From Patescibacteria group bacterium (lineage in GTDB: Bacteria; Patescibacteriota; Microgenomatia; UBA1400; PJMF01), in assembly GCA_039934415.1 (NCBI GenBank), contig JBDTME010000001.1, forward strand, positions 201,417 through 265,416: a stretch of DNA of 64,000 nucleotides, written 5' to 3'. The position numbers were made by a program, and so were the translations under genes. Below, piece by piece: positions 19,864 through 29,417 of the stretch. The notes under the pieces were generated by a model, which was given only the letters and a program-made list of their open reading frames with translations, ran no database searches and had not been told where the DNA came from. Position 1 is the stretch's first letter; the number at the start of each line of letters is the position of its first letter.

Positions 19864-22800
19864 GTGCTCAAAACAACCCCCTCCTTTAACAAAAGTTACC
19901 TGAGTTTGAACAAAGAACAGAAACTCGCTGTGGACCAACTCGACGGACCAGTTATGGTTATTGCTGGACCAGGAACAGGGAAAACCCAGATTCTGGCAAC
20001 CCGTATTGCAAATATTCTACTCAAAACTGACACTAATCCTTCCTCAATCTTGGCTTTAACTTTCACTGAATCAGGTGCAAGCGCAATGAAGAAACGACTA
20101 ATTTCACTGATAGGTGAGACTGCATACTCCGTTCATATTCAAACATTTCATGGTTTTTGCAGCGAAGTTATAGCCACTCATCCTGAATTCTTCGCTCTTT
20201 CAATCGACGCTCAACCTCTAACTGATTTAGATCGATATCAATTTTTTGAAGAACTGATTTATAGTAATAGCTTCGAATTCATTAAACCAGTTAACGCACC
20301 ACTCCTCTATCTCAGGGCTTCAATTAACGACATTCAGAATCTTAAACGAGAAGGAGTAACACCCGACCAGTTTTCTTTCATTTTGGAACAAGAAGCAAGA
20401 TTCCTAGAAACAGAAAAAGCTCAAATAAAAAAAACAGAACTCGTGAAGCGAGAAAAAGATCTTCATAAGAATCAAGAACTTCTACAGTTATATATTCAAT
20501 ATCAACAAAAGTTGGTTGAAAATAAGAGGTTTGATTTTGAAGACATGATCTCACTTACAGTTGCAGCATTCCAAAATCAAGAATTATTACTTTTAGAATA
20601 TCAAGAAAAGTTACAGTATTTTTTAATTGATGAGTATCAAGATACGAACTCAGCACAGAACCAAGTCATTCAACTGCTTGCTTCCTACTGGGCAGAACAA
20701 GCTAATGTTTTTGTTGTTGGTGACCCCAATCAATCAATTTATCGTTTTCAAGGTGCTTCTCTAGAAAATACCTTTAGCTTCTTGACGCAATATCCAGAAG
20801 CAACAGTGATTACGCTACAACAAAATTATCGTTCGACCCAACTTATTTTAGATACCGCCAAAACTCTCATTGAGCATCAACACATAAAAAGTGAGTTACC
20901 TATAAAAATAGCCCAACAGTTAGTTTCCCAAACTGATTACAATGCTCCAATAATATTATATGAAGCGCCATCCAATACACTAGAACACGTATTTCTCGCT
21001 CAAAAAATACTAGAATTAATCCAAAAAGGCACACCCGCAGAAGAAATTGCAGTGATATATCGAAACAATTCAGAAAGCAGACCTGTTGCAGACATTTTGG
21101 CAAGGTTTGGTATTCGTTATGATATCGAAGGAGGGTCAGATGTTCTCAAACATCCCACGATCACTCAATTATTAACTCTATTTGAAGTACTTGAAGATAT
21201 CAGAACGACGGTTGAAGACGTCAATTTATTTACTCTATTAAATTATCGATGGCTAAATCTCCATGCTTTGGTCATATTGAAAAGCATTCGTCATGCCAAT
21301 CAAAAAAAGATTCCGTTGTACACTTTCTTAACTGATCCTAAACTCTTGCCAGAATTTTCAGACCAACTTTCTGAATCAGAAAAAAATGGGTCAGAAACAC
21401 TTACAGAATTTATCAAGAAATTGGCATATTGGTCAGGTTTAGATGCTCAAGTCAATTTTCCAATACTCTTCGAAACTGTACTCAATGACAGCGGTTTTCT
21501 CAGTGAACTGCTTAAAAAACCTAATGTTGTTGAAGAATTAAACATAGTAAATACTCTTTTTTCTGAAATCAAACGTTTAGCACTCAACGATCATCAGTTA
21601 AATCTTGAAAAATTCCTACTCGTCATTCACACGATGCTCGATCATAAACTTCAGTTACCTGAGACTGATTTAAATATTCGTGAAAACGCAGTCAGACTTA
21701 CCACTGCACATAAGTCAAAAGGACAAGAGTGGTCACATGTATTTATTACTGGGTTTGTTGATAAGCGTTGGGGCAATTCTGTCATTCGAAACCTTATTCC
21801 ACTACCTGAAGGAATTTTGAAATACAGTGCAGGAGAAAAAGAGGACAGAAACGAGGACGAACGGCGGTTATTGTATGTTGCACTTACTCGCGCAAAGAAA
21901 CAGTTATTTATAACTTTGCCTCAAACCGTAGAATCAACTGGTTCTAGTCGCGAGACAACACCTTCGTTATTTTTGCAAGAACTTCCAGAACAATCAATAT
22001 CAAGAGACGAAAGTTTTAATGACTCCCAAGACATTCCTCAACTTCTCGCCAAATTACTTCATCCAACTGTTGATCACCCAGAAAGCAGCCTCGATGAAAA
22101 AGAGTTCATCACAACGATTTTAGAAAGATTTAAGCTCTCTGCTACTGCACTAAATACATATTTAGAGTGCGCTTATAAGTTTAAATTACAAACCTTGCTG
22201 CGCGTACCTAGAGTGAAACCGATTTACATGTCATTTGGAACAGCTATCCATAAAGCGATGGAGTTTTTGTTCCAGAGCATCAAAGATAATGATGGACAAA
22301 TTCCTCAGCTCAAACTGGTACTTAGCTCTTTTGACCAAGCGCTTCAGAGGGAAGCAATAGACGAATCGGAGTATGCAATTCGATTAGCACAGGGTCAAAA
22401 ACTTTTGACACAGTATTATGAAAACTATCATGATGAGTTTGTTACACCGCTATTTACAGAAAAACCTTTTGGAGTCGGCTTTTCAACTCCAGTGTTGGAT
22501 GATATTCAGCTGTCTGGGAAAATAGACAAAATTGAAGTGTTGGATGCGCAACGTAAAACGGTTAAAGTCGTTGATTATAAAACTGGTCGAGCACAAAGTA
22601 GAAACGAGATTGAGGGTAAAACAAGAAACAGCACAGGTAATTACAAGAGACAGCTAGTCTTTTACAAATTACTCGCAGACCTTGATCGTTCTTTCAAAAT
22701 GACAGTGGAACAGGCTGAATTCGACTTCGTTCAACCCAAGGATAATGCGAGCTTTGTCAAACACTCGTTCACAATATCTCAGCTAGAAGTTGATGAACTC

Positions 22801-22935
22801 AAAAAGTTAGTTCGAGAAGTCATGGTAAAAATTCGAAATCAAGAGTTTCCACGAACCCACGATATGTCGACCTGCAAAGAGTGCATATTTAACTTTCACT
22901 GTTGGCCCGATGGAATTCCAGAAAAGACTACTTAG
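19864..22935 (+). CDS. UvrD/PcrA-type SF1 helicase fused to a C-terminal PD-(D/E)XK Cas4/AddB-like Fe-S nuclease
   Basis: Walker A VIAGPGTGKTQILATRIANIL, motif III VFVVGDPNQSIYRFQGA and motif VI LTTAHKSKGQEW. The C-terminal domain has an N-proximal Cys (YLECAYKF), DYKTG, QLVFYKLL and a terminal CKECIFNFHCWP (C-x2-C-x5-C), matching RecB-family nucleases with a 4Fe-4S cluster. Confidence 0.7.
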   Translation: MLKTTPSFNKSYLSLNKEQKLAVDQLDGPVMVIAGPGTGKTQILATRIANILLKTDTNPSSILALTFTESGASAMKKRLISLIGETAYSVHIQTFHGFCSEVIATHPEFFALSIDAQPLTDLDRYQFFEELIYSNSFEFIKPVNAPLLYLRASINDIQNLKREGVTPDQFSFILEQEARFLETEKAQIKKTELVKREKDLHKNQELLQLYIQYQQKLVENKRFDFEDMISLTVAAFQNQELLLLEYQEKLQYFLIDEYQDTNSAQNQVIQLLASYWAEQANVFVVGDPNQSIYRFQGASLENTFSFLTQYPEATVITLQQNYRSTQLILDTAKTLIEHQHIKSELPIKIAQQLVSQTDYNAPIILYEAPSNTLEHVFLAQKILELIQKGTPAEEIAVIYRNNSESRPVADILARFGIRYDIEGGSDVLKHPTITQLLTLFEVLEDIRTTVEDVNLFTLLNYRWLNLHALVILKSIRHANQKKIPLYTFLTDPKLLPEFSDQLSESEKNGSETLTEFIKKLAYWSGLDAQVNFPILFETVLNDSGFLSELLKKPNVVEELNIVNTLFSEIKRLALNDHQLNLEKFLLVIHTMLDHKLQLPETDLNIRENAVRLTTAHKSKGQEWSHVFITGFVDKRWGNSVIRNLIPLPEGILKYSAGEKEDRNEDERRLLYVALTRAKKQLFITLPQTVESTGSSRETTPSLFLQELPEQSISRDESFNDSQDIPQLLAKLLHPTVDHPESSLDEKEFITTILERFKLSATALNTYLECAYKFKLQTLLRVPRVKPIYMSFGTAIHKAMEFLFQSIKDNDGQIPQLKLVLSSFDQALQREAIDESEYAIRLAQGQKLLTQYYENYHDEFVTPLFTEKPFGVGFSTPVLDDIQLSGKIDKIEVLDAQRKTVKVVDYKTGRAQSRNEIEGKTRNSTGNYKRQLVFYKLLADLDRSFKMTVEQAEFDFVQPKDNASFVKHSFTISQLEVDELKKLVREVMVKIRNQEFPRTHDMSTCKECIFNFHCWPDGIPEKTT

Positions 22936-24997
22936 GTCCGCACCATAAGTGCGTTCGCTGATACTTGTTATCAGCAAGAGTCAGGATAGCGTATTGGTCA
23001 TTGAAGAACTGGCGTTGCAATAAGTTAGTATCATTCATTACTTGATTGTCTTCCGCTTCACCGAAACGAATGTCCGTTCTTGTATCAATAAATAAGGCTC
23101 CAATGTGATGCTCGTTCATAAACGGGATAGCATTATTACCAAATTCACCTGAGAAAAGTGCTTTTACCTCATACTTTCTTTCTGCAATCGGCTGGTTATG
23201 ACTTTCCAAGATGTTCATGCCACCCAAATATGAAAAATGATGGGTATACGCATAAATGTACGGTGTTTGGCCATTTAAACCATTCCCTAAATTAGACTGA
23301 ACAACCATGTCTGCCGGAAGTTCGCTCAGGTATCTAAGTGCCTCTTGGTGACTGACTGTAATTAAGGATGATTTTGAAGTTGTAAAAGTACTATCAATAA
23401 ACTCAATTGTAAGCGAGACAACTCTAGGTATTGTGAAACTTATAATGAGCAAAGCACAAAACACATTCAGCTTCTGAGGTAAGTATTTACTCAATTCAGC
23501 AAGCAATCCTCCAGTAAAAAAAGTTAGCAAAGTCAACGCCACAATCGTAAAATTGAAAGTGTTATAACCACCTGAAACTTGTAAGGTATGCATACCTAGA
23601 AACATGAGAATTAGGATTTGAGGAAAACAAAATAACCAGATCAAGCTTTGTTTTTTTATAAGTTGAGGCAACAGAAAAAGTAATCCAAATAACTTGATAC
23701 CGTAAAAACTAATCAAAAAGATGGCATTTGCTAAGGCAATAAAAACAAAAAGTGCTTTGATGTTATGCGCTTCTTGATACACTTGCATTCTCAACCACCA
23801 ATCATTCCAATTCATCTTTTCTGGCGAAATTAATAATCGTGGCCATGCTGACCAGATGAGCATTAAGCCACCTGCTTCACTATTTACTGGCCAAAAAATA
23901 ATAAAGGAAAGAACAATGAATACGACAGTCATGACTGACCAACGTATCCACTCCTTAAACACAACAGACGGTGAACCATAAAACCCAACAAAAGAAGTCA
24001 TAAGTTGGATACTACGAATAATCCAAACCACACCCAAACCAAGTGCACCTGCAAAAGCGAAATACACTTTTAATCCGGTCATTGTTGCAAATAAAACAGA
24101 GACAGTTACACCTAAAATGAGGTTTGGTTTTTTCGAGTATTTTAATAATCCTAACAACCCAGCGAACAGCATAACCTTAGCAACAGCTTGAGGCATATTT
24201 GTTAATTGAATAATTCCATTATCAAGACTGATGGGAGCAAACGTGAACACACGATGAAGCAGCAGCATAAATATATAAGTCACATCACCTGCAAAGAAAT
24301 GAAAGAAAACAATCCAACGAGAAGCAGTTACAGAAGAAAACCACTTCTTTGCAAGTATCGCTATAGCAACCCCCAAGAAAGGTGCCAAGAGCAAAGGGAA
24401 AAACTGAAAATAAAGATGATTTGGTGATAAACCAAAACCGCGAGCCATCTCTGCTAAGATCATGTCCTCCCAATAATGATAATTTGTGATTGGTAAACCG
24501 CTGGCACCAGGTTGTTGAGGTGGAAAATGATCCATGATTGAAGTGATTAACGAAACATGGAATAAACCGTCGTCAGCATTGATTTGTATATACCGAACTC
24601 CTTCTGCTGTTTGAAAACCTGATGTGACAATGGTGAGTAGCTGTAGCAGAACTCCGACAACAATCATCAACTTGATCCAGGTATCTAATTGAGAGAGAGT
24701 TTTCGCCAAATCATGAAGAAAATCGTTATAAATCCACCTTTTCCATACCACTAAACAGATGCATAAAATTAGATAGAGAAACAGAAAATTTCTCAACTGC
24801 AAATACCCAAAAATGTACCCCTGCCAACCAAGCAGCGCTAATCCGATCGCAAACGAGAAAACCACAGACTCTGTTGAATCAACATGTAGTATTTTTTTAC
24901 TGACACAGTAACCCGGAACAATTACACTAAAAAAAATGGCAACAAAGAAAACAAAAAACTGTAAAAAGAAGTGCCAGTCTAATACGCTATAGATCAT
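22928..24997 (-). CDS. Large polytopic membrane protein with a C-terminal soluble domain (possible GT-C-like enzyme)
   Basis: 689 aa with about 13 TM helices. Conserved-looking loop ...INADDGLFHVSLITSIMDHFPPQQPGASGLPITNYHYWEDMILAEMARGFGLSP... and a roughly 170 aa C-terminal extracytoplasmic region. It is the last gene of the aspS-uvrBAC strand run. Confidence 0.4.
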   Translation of the reverse strand: MIYSVLDWHFFLQFFVFFVAIFFSVIVPGYCVSKKILHVDSTESVVFSFAIGLALLGWQGYIFGYLQLRNFLFLYLILCICLVVWKRWIYNDFLHDLAKTLSQLDTWIKLMIVVGVLLQLLTIVTSGFQTAEGVRYIQINADDGLFHVSLITSIMDHFPPQQPGASGLPITNYHYWEDMILAEMARGFGLSPNHLYFQFFPLLLAPFLGVAIAILAKKWFSSVTASRWIVFFHFFAGDVTYIFMLLLHRVFTFAPISLDNGIIQLTNMPQAVAKVMLFAGLLGLLKYSKKPNLILGVTVSVLFATMTGLKVYFAFAGALGLGVVWIIRSIQLMTSFVGFYGSPSVVFKEWIRWSVMTVVFIVLSFIIFWPVNSEAGGLMLIWSAWPRLLISPEKMNWNDWWLRMQVYQEAHNIKALFVFIALANAIFLISFYGIKLFGLLFLLPQLIKKQSLIWLFCFPQILILMFLGMHTLQVSGGYNTFNFTIVALTLLTFFTGGLLAELSKYLPQKLNVFCALLIISFTIPRVVSLTIEFIDSTFTTSKSSLITVSHQEALRYLSELPADMVVQSNLGNGLNGQTPYIYAYTHHFSYLGGMNILESHNQPIAERKYEVKALFSGEFGNNAIPFMNEHHIGALFIDTRTDIRFGEAEDNQVMNDTNLLQRQFFNDQYAILTLADNKYQRTHLWCGPK

Positions 24998-25044
24998 GAA
25001 AGCCTAGTGTTATTCAAAATATTGAAAATACGACTCTGATTATG

Positions 25045-26436
25045 TCACGAAATAATGTTTTTGTTTCTCAATTTAGTATGTTGCTTCTTTGCAAATCGAT
25101 GCGATTCATCACGAATCTGTTGGAGTAAGATAAGTGTTGGATGATCTACTGGGAAATGAACAAAATGGTACTTTATATTAGTCATCGAAGGTTGTGTAGG
25201 ATCTTCAAAAATTGGAATAACTAACCGATCAGGATTTTTAACAATAGACACCACGGGTACTTCCCAGTTCCAAACGCTTAAAGCTGATCGAAGTTGTCCT
25301 CTGCCACCATCGATTAGAATCAAACTTGGTTGACCCCACTCAGGATGTTTTTGGCGTCGAGAGATAGCCTCCTTCATCATGTGATAGTCGTTGGGAGTAT
25401 CTATAGATTTAATGTTAAAAAGTCGGTAATTTGCTTTATCTGGTTTTCCCTCGGTGAACACAACCATTGAAACAGCAGCGTTTTTCCCTTGTATATTACT
25501 GACATCAAAACCTTCAATTCGATGTAATGGGTAGTCCTTTGATAACGAATAGAATTGACGAATTTCCTTGCGTAAATGAAGCAACCCTTCATGTACGATG
25601 GATTCGTATAACTTCGGAAGCTGTAAATCAGGTTTGATTTTAAAAGTAGGTTTTAAAAATCCTTCGATGAGCCGAATGCCATCACGGTATTGTGCAGCTA
25701 ACTCATACTCTGTGTCCTCTGAAGCTGTCCTCATTCTTTCTTTAAAGAAACGTAAAACCTCTGTTGATTTACCAGCCAGAAACTTTCTGAGTTGGTCAAT
25801 CATTTTCTGATACTCTTGTGGCGATATCTTACCGAGACACGCACCTGAACACCGACCAATGTGGTAATAGAAACAAGGCCGAACTATTGGTCCTTCTTTT
25901 TGTACAGCACTTATTGAAAGTTGTTTGCCAGTCATGGGATGATCGCACCATCTAAAAATCGGCCTCACCATTTTTAAAATCTCTTTCGCACGATACGCAC
26001 TTTGATATGGTCCAAAAATATCCTGCTTAGTCAATCCTTCCCGGACCATTAATCGTTTCACCTCTTTTTTACGAATTGTTTTCACTTGTGGGTAAATATC
26101 CCGCGTTACATAAATGTACAGTGGTGTTTTGTCATCTTTGAGAAGAATGTTGTACTGAGGTTGATGAAGTCGAATCAACTCTGCTTCAACTAATAGGGCT
26201 ACTAACTCGCTTTCTTGAACTTCAAACTTTAAGCTCATCGCCTCCATCACCATCAGCTTTGTTTTGCCATGTAATTGCGTCAGTTGCGTATAGGAAGCTA
26301 ATCGGTTTTTTAAATCTTTTGCTTTGCCCACATAAATTACACCACCCTTTGCATTCATAAACCAGTACACACCAGGTTTGTGAGGTGATTGTGTGTAATA
26401 CTCTAGCCACTTGAGGATCTTATTTTTTTCGACCAT
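25045..26436 (-). CDS. uvrC: Excinuclease ABC subunit C (UvrC), short form lacking the C-terminal (HhH)2 domain
   Basis: GIY-YIG VYWFMNAKGGVIYVGKAKDLKNRLASY, UVR motif ...YELAAQYRDGIRLIEGF... and the RNase H-like region with LILIDGGRGQL. At 463 aa it ends before any HhH region. Confidence 0.85.
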   Translation of the reverse strand: MVEKNKILKWLEYYTQSPHKPGVYWFMNAKGGVIYVGKAKDLKNRLASYTQLTQLHGKTKLMVMEAMSLKFEVQESELVALLVEAELIRLHQPQYNILLKDDKTPLYIYVTRDIYPQVKTIRKKEVKRLMVREGLTKQDIFGPYQSAYRAKEILKMVRPIFRWCDHPMTGKQLSISAVQKEGPIVRPCFYYHIGRCSGACLGKISPQEYQKMIDQLRKFLAGKSTEVLRFFKERMRTASEDTEYELAAQYRDGIRLIEGFLKPTFKIKPDLQLPKLYESIVHEGLLHLRKEIRQFYSLSKDYPLHRIEGFDVSNIQGKNAAVSMVVFTEGKPDKANYRLFNIKSIDTPNDYHMMKEAISRRQKHPEWGQPSLILIDGGRGQLRSALSVWNWEVPVVSIVKNPDRLVIPIFEDPTQPSMTNIKYHFVHFPVDHPTLILLQQIRDESHRFAKKQHTKLRNKNIIS

Positions 26437-26455
26437 GAAGATATTCTAGCATCGC

Positions 26456-29365
26456 TTACTTGAGCTCTGCTTTCAAAAACTTACCAGTCCAAGATTTATT
26501 GTGTTCAACGATGTCTTCTGGAGTTCCAGCAGCAATCACTTCTCCACCAAACTCGCCACCTTCTGGACCAAGATCAATAATCCAATCACAATTCTTTATA
26601 ATGTCTAAATTATGTTCAATCAGAATGACCGTGTTATTTTGTTCCACTAAACGACCGAGTACGTGTAATAATTTTTGAATGTCTTCAAAATGCAAACCGG
26701 TCGTTGGTTCATCCAACAGATACACTGTGTGCTCACTAGAACGAATCGATAACTCTTTTGCGAGTTTTACTCGTTGAGCTTCTCCTCCCGAGAGTGTCGG
26801 AGCTGGTTGACCAAGATCAATGTAACCAAGTCCCACTTCCTTGAGTGTTTGAAGCTTATGCTGAAGTTGTTTATGTGCTTGAAAGAAATCATGCGCTTCA
26901 TCAACACTCATTGCTAAAACTTCGGCAATATTTTTATCTTTATATTTAACCTCAAGTGTTTCTTCATTGTATCTTTTACCAAAACAAACATCACAAGTCA
27001 CATAGACATCTGGTAGAAACTGCATCTCAATTTTTATTTGGCCTTCACCATGACAAGCTTCACAACGACCACCACGAACATTAAAACTAAAACGACCAAG
27101 TTTATATCCTCGTACTTTAGCATCTGAAGTTTCTGCAAAAATGTGCCGAATCTGATCAAAAATTTTGGTGTATGTTGCTGGATTCGAGCGAGGCGTTCTA
27201 CCAATAGGACTTTGATCGATTAAACTAATACGTTTAACTTTCCCTGGCACTTTCATGGTATCGATCTTTCCAGGTACGACATCAACAGAGTACCCCAATT
27301 CTTTTGCCAAGTTGTTGTAGAGTGTGTCATGAAGTAAGGTTGACTTTCCAGATCCAGATAAGCCTGTGATGCAAACCAAACGATTTAAAGGAAAGTCGAC
27401 TGAAATATTTTTTAGGTTATGCATCGCAGCACCTGTAACTTCGATTACTTCATCGATTGGAGCAATCACTCGTTTCCTGGTCACTTTTTTTACATTACTC
27501 AAATACTTCCCTGTAATCGATGATGGCATTTTTTCTAGTTCAGTTGGTGTTCCTTCTGCAATAACCGTGCCACCATTTTTACCGGCTTTTGGACCAAAAT
27601 CAAAAACATAGTCAGCATTCATAATAACGTCTCGATCATGTTCAACCACAACAACAGAATTGCCTTTATCTCGCAAGTTCTTCAGAGTTTCAATTAACAG
27701 ATGATTGTCTCGCTGGTGTAAACCAATCGTGGGCTCATCTAACACATACAAAACACCAGTTAAGCCTGTGCCAATTTGAGATGCCAATCTGATACGTTGT
27801 GCTTCACCACCTGCTAATGTACTAGACTCTCTGCCCAGTGAAAGATAATTTAAACCAACTGAATTTAAAAAGTCTAATCGAGCATCAATCTCTTTTACAA
27901 TTGATATACCAATCACTTTTTCTTTTTCACTCAGCACTTCAGGCATCAGTTTGCGTACCCAATCAAGAGTACGAACAATAGACAAGTCTGTGATTTGAGA
28001 AATATTTAAACCTGCTACGTGTACAGCTAGCGCTTCAGGTTTTAATCTCGAACCTTTACAGGCCGGACAAAGCTCTTTGTGCATGAAACGCTCAATCTCT
28101 TTTCGGATGTACTCTGAGTCGGTTTCACCGTATCGACGTTCCAAATTTTTCACAAACCCTTCAAATTTCTCATGAATTTGAGTTAGGTTTCCTTCTTTAT
28201 TAGTACCTTTCACTGTGTACACTTTGTCAGAACCATAGAGCAAGATACTCTGAAGTTCAGGACTGAAATCTTCGAAAGCGGTTTTACGAAAATCACCACC
28301 AAAATCTTCGACGACAGCCTTGACCAATCTTGCCCACCAAGTATCATTTTCCATCATCCGCGCAAAAGGAATAATTGCTCCCTCTGTTAGACTCAGAGCT
28401 GGGGCCAGAATGCGATGTGGGTCAATTTTCAACAACTTCCCCAAACCATGACACGTTTCACAAGCACCTTGAGGTGCATTAAACGAAAATAAACGTGGTT
28501 CGATTTCAGAAATACTGATACCACAATAGCTACATGCAAACTTTTCACTGAACAAGCGATCTTCCATCTCCTTGGGTTTTTCTGGGAATGTCAAACCACT
28601 ATCAGTCACAAAAGTGGCCATCACATATCCATCAGACAACTTTATAGACTCTTCTATCGCTGTAACTAGCCTTGTGCGAAAATCTTTACGAGTGTCTTGA
28701 TCTTTCAATACCTCACTCCCCATCACAAACCGATCCATAATGACATCAATGTTGTGTTTATTTGTTTTAATTAAAGAGACGTCTTCATCTACGCTCATTA
28801 CTGTTCCGTCAATCCTGACACGCAGATAACCTTTTTTCTCAATACTTTCTAGAAGATGGGAAAACTCACCTTTTCTTTGTCTGACTACTGGAGAAAGGAT
28901 CATAAAACGAACTGGTTGACCATCAAATTTTTCTTCCAACTGTGTAAAGATAGCGTCAACAATTTGATCTACGGTCTGAAATGAGATCTCTCTGCCACAG
29001 TTTGGACAGTGAGGATGACCTACACGAGCAAATAGTAAGCGTAGATAATCATAGATTTCAGTAATTGTCCCAACAGTCGAACGGGGATTATGGGAGGTTG
29101 TTTTTTGATCGATAGAAATAGCTGGAGAAAGCCCTTCGATATTATCAACATCTGGCTTTTCCATGACACCAAGGAACTGACGAGCGTATGAACTCAAACT
29201 CTCAACATAGCGTCGCTGCCCTTCCGCATACAAGGTGTCAAAAGCAAGCGAGCTTTTACCGCTACCAGACATACCTGTGAGCACCACCAATTGATGTTTG
29301 GGGATGTCCACATCGATATTCTTCAGATTGTGTTGGCGGGCGCCACGAATTTTGATGTAGTCCAT
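26456..29365 (-). CDS. uvrA: Excinuclease ABC subunit A (UvrA)
   Basis: 969 aa with two ABC cassettes (GMSGSGKSSLAFDTLYAEG..., GLSGSGKSTLLHDTLY...) and Zn-finger Cys clusters. Confidence 0.95.
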   Translation of the reverse strand: MDYIKIRGARQHNLKNIDVDIPKHQLVVLTGMSGSGKSSLAFDTLYAEGQRRYVESLSSYARQFLGVMEKPDVDNIEGLSPAISIDQKTTSHNPRSTVGTITEIYDYLRLLFARVGHPHCPNCGREISFQTVDQIVDAIFTQLEEKFDGQPVRFMILSPVVRQRKGEFSHLLESIEKKGYLRVRIDGTVMSVDEDVSLIKTNKHNIDVIMDRFVMGSEVLKDQDTRKDFRTRLVTAIEESIKLSDGYVMATFVTDSGLTFPEKPKEMEDRLFSEKFACSYCGISISEIEPRLFSFNAPQGACETCHGLGKLLKIDPHRILAPALSLTEGAIIPFARMMENDTWWARLVKAVVEDFGGDFRKTAFEDFSPELQSILLYGSDKVYTVKGTNKEGNLTQIHEKFEGFVKNLERRYGETDSEYIRKEIERFMHKELCPACKGSRLKPEALAVHVAGLNISQITDLSIVRTLDWVRKLMPEVLSEKEKVIGISIVKEIDARLDFLNSVGLNYLSLGRESSTLAGGEAQRIRLASQIGTGLTGVLYVLDEPTIGLHQRDNHLLIETLKNLRDKGNSVVVVEHDRDVIMNADYVFDFGPKAGKNGGTVIAEGTPTELEKMPSSITGKYLSNVKKVTRKRVIAPIDEVIEVTGAAMHNLKNISVDFPLNRLVCITGLSGSGKSTLLHDTLYNNLAKELGYSVDVVPGKIDTMKVPGKVKRISLIDQSPIGRTPRSNPATYTKIFDQIRHIFAETSDAKVRGYKLGRFSFNVRGGRCEACHGEGQIKIEMQFLPDVYVTCDVCFGKRYNEETLEVKYKDKNIAEVLAMSVDEAHDFFQAHKQLQHKLQTLKEVGLGYIDLGQPAPTLSGGEAQRVKLAKELSIRSSEHTVYLLDEPTTGLHFEDIQKLLHVLGRLVEQNNTVILIEHNLDIIKNCDWIIDLGPEGGEFGGEVIAAGTPEDIVEHNKSWTGKFLKAELK

Positions 29366-29417
29366 AATGAAATAGCGATCAACAAGTATACCGAAAAAAG
29401 CATGAAATAGGAAGTCA

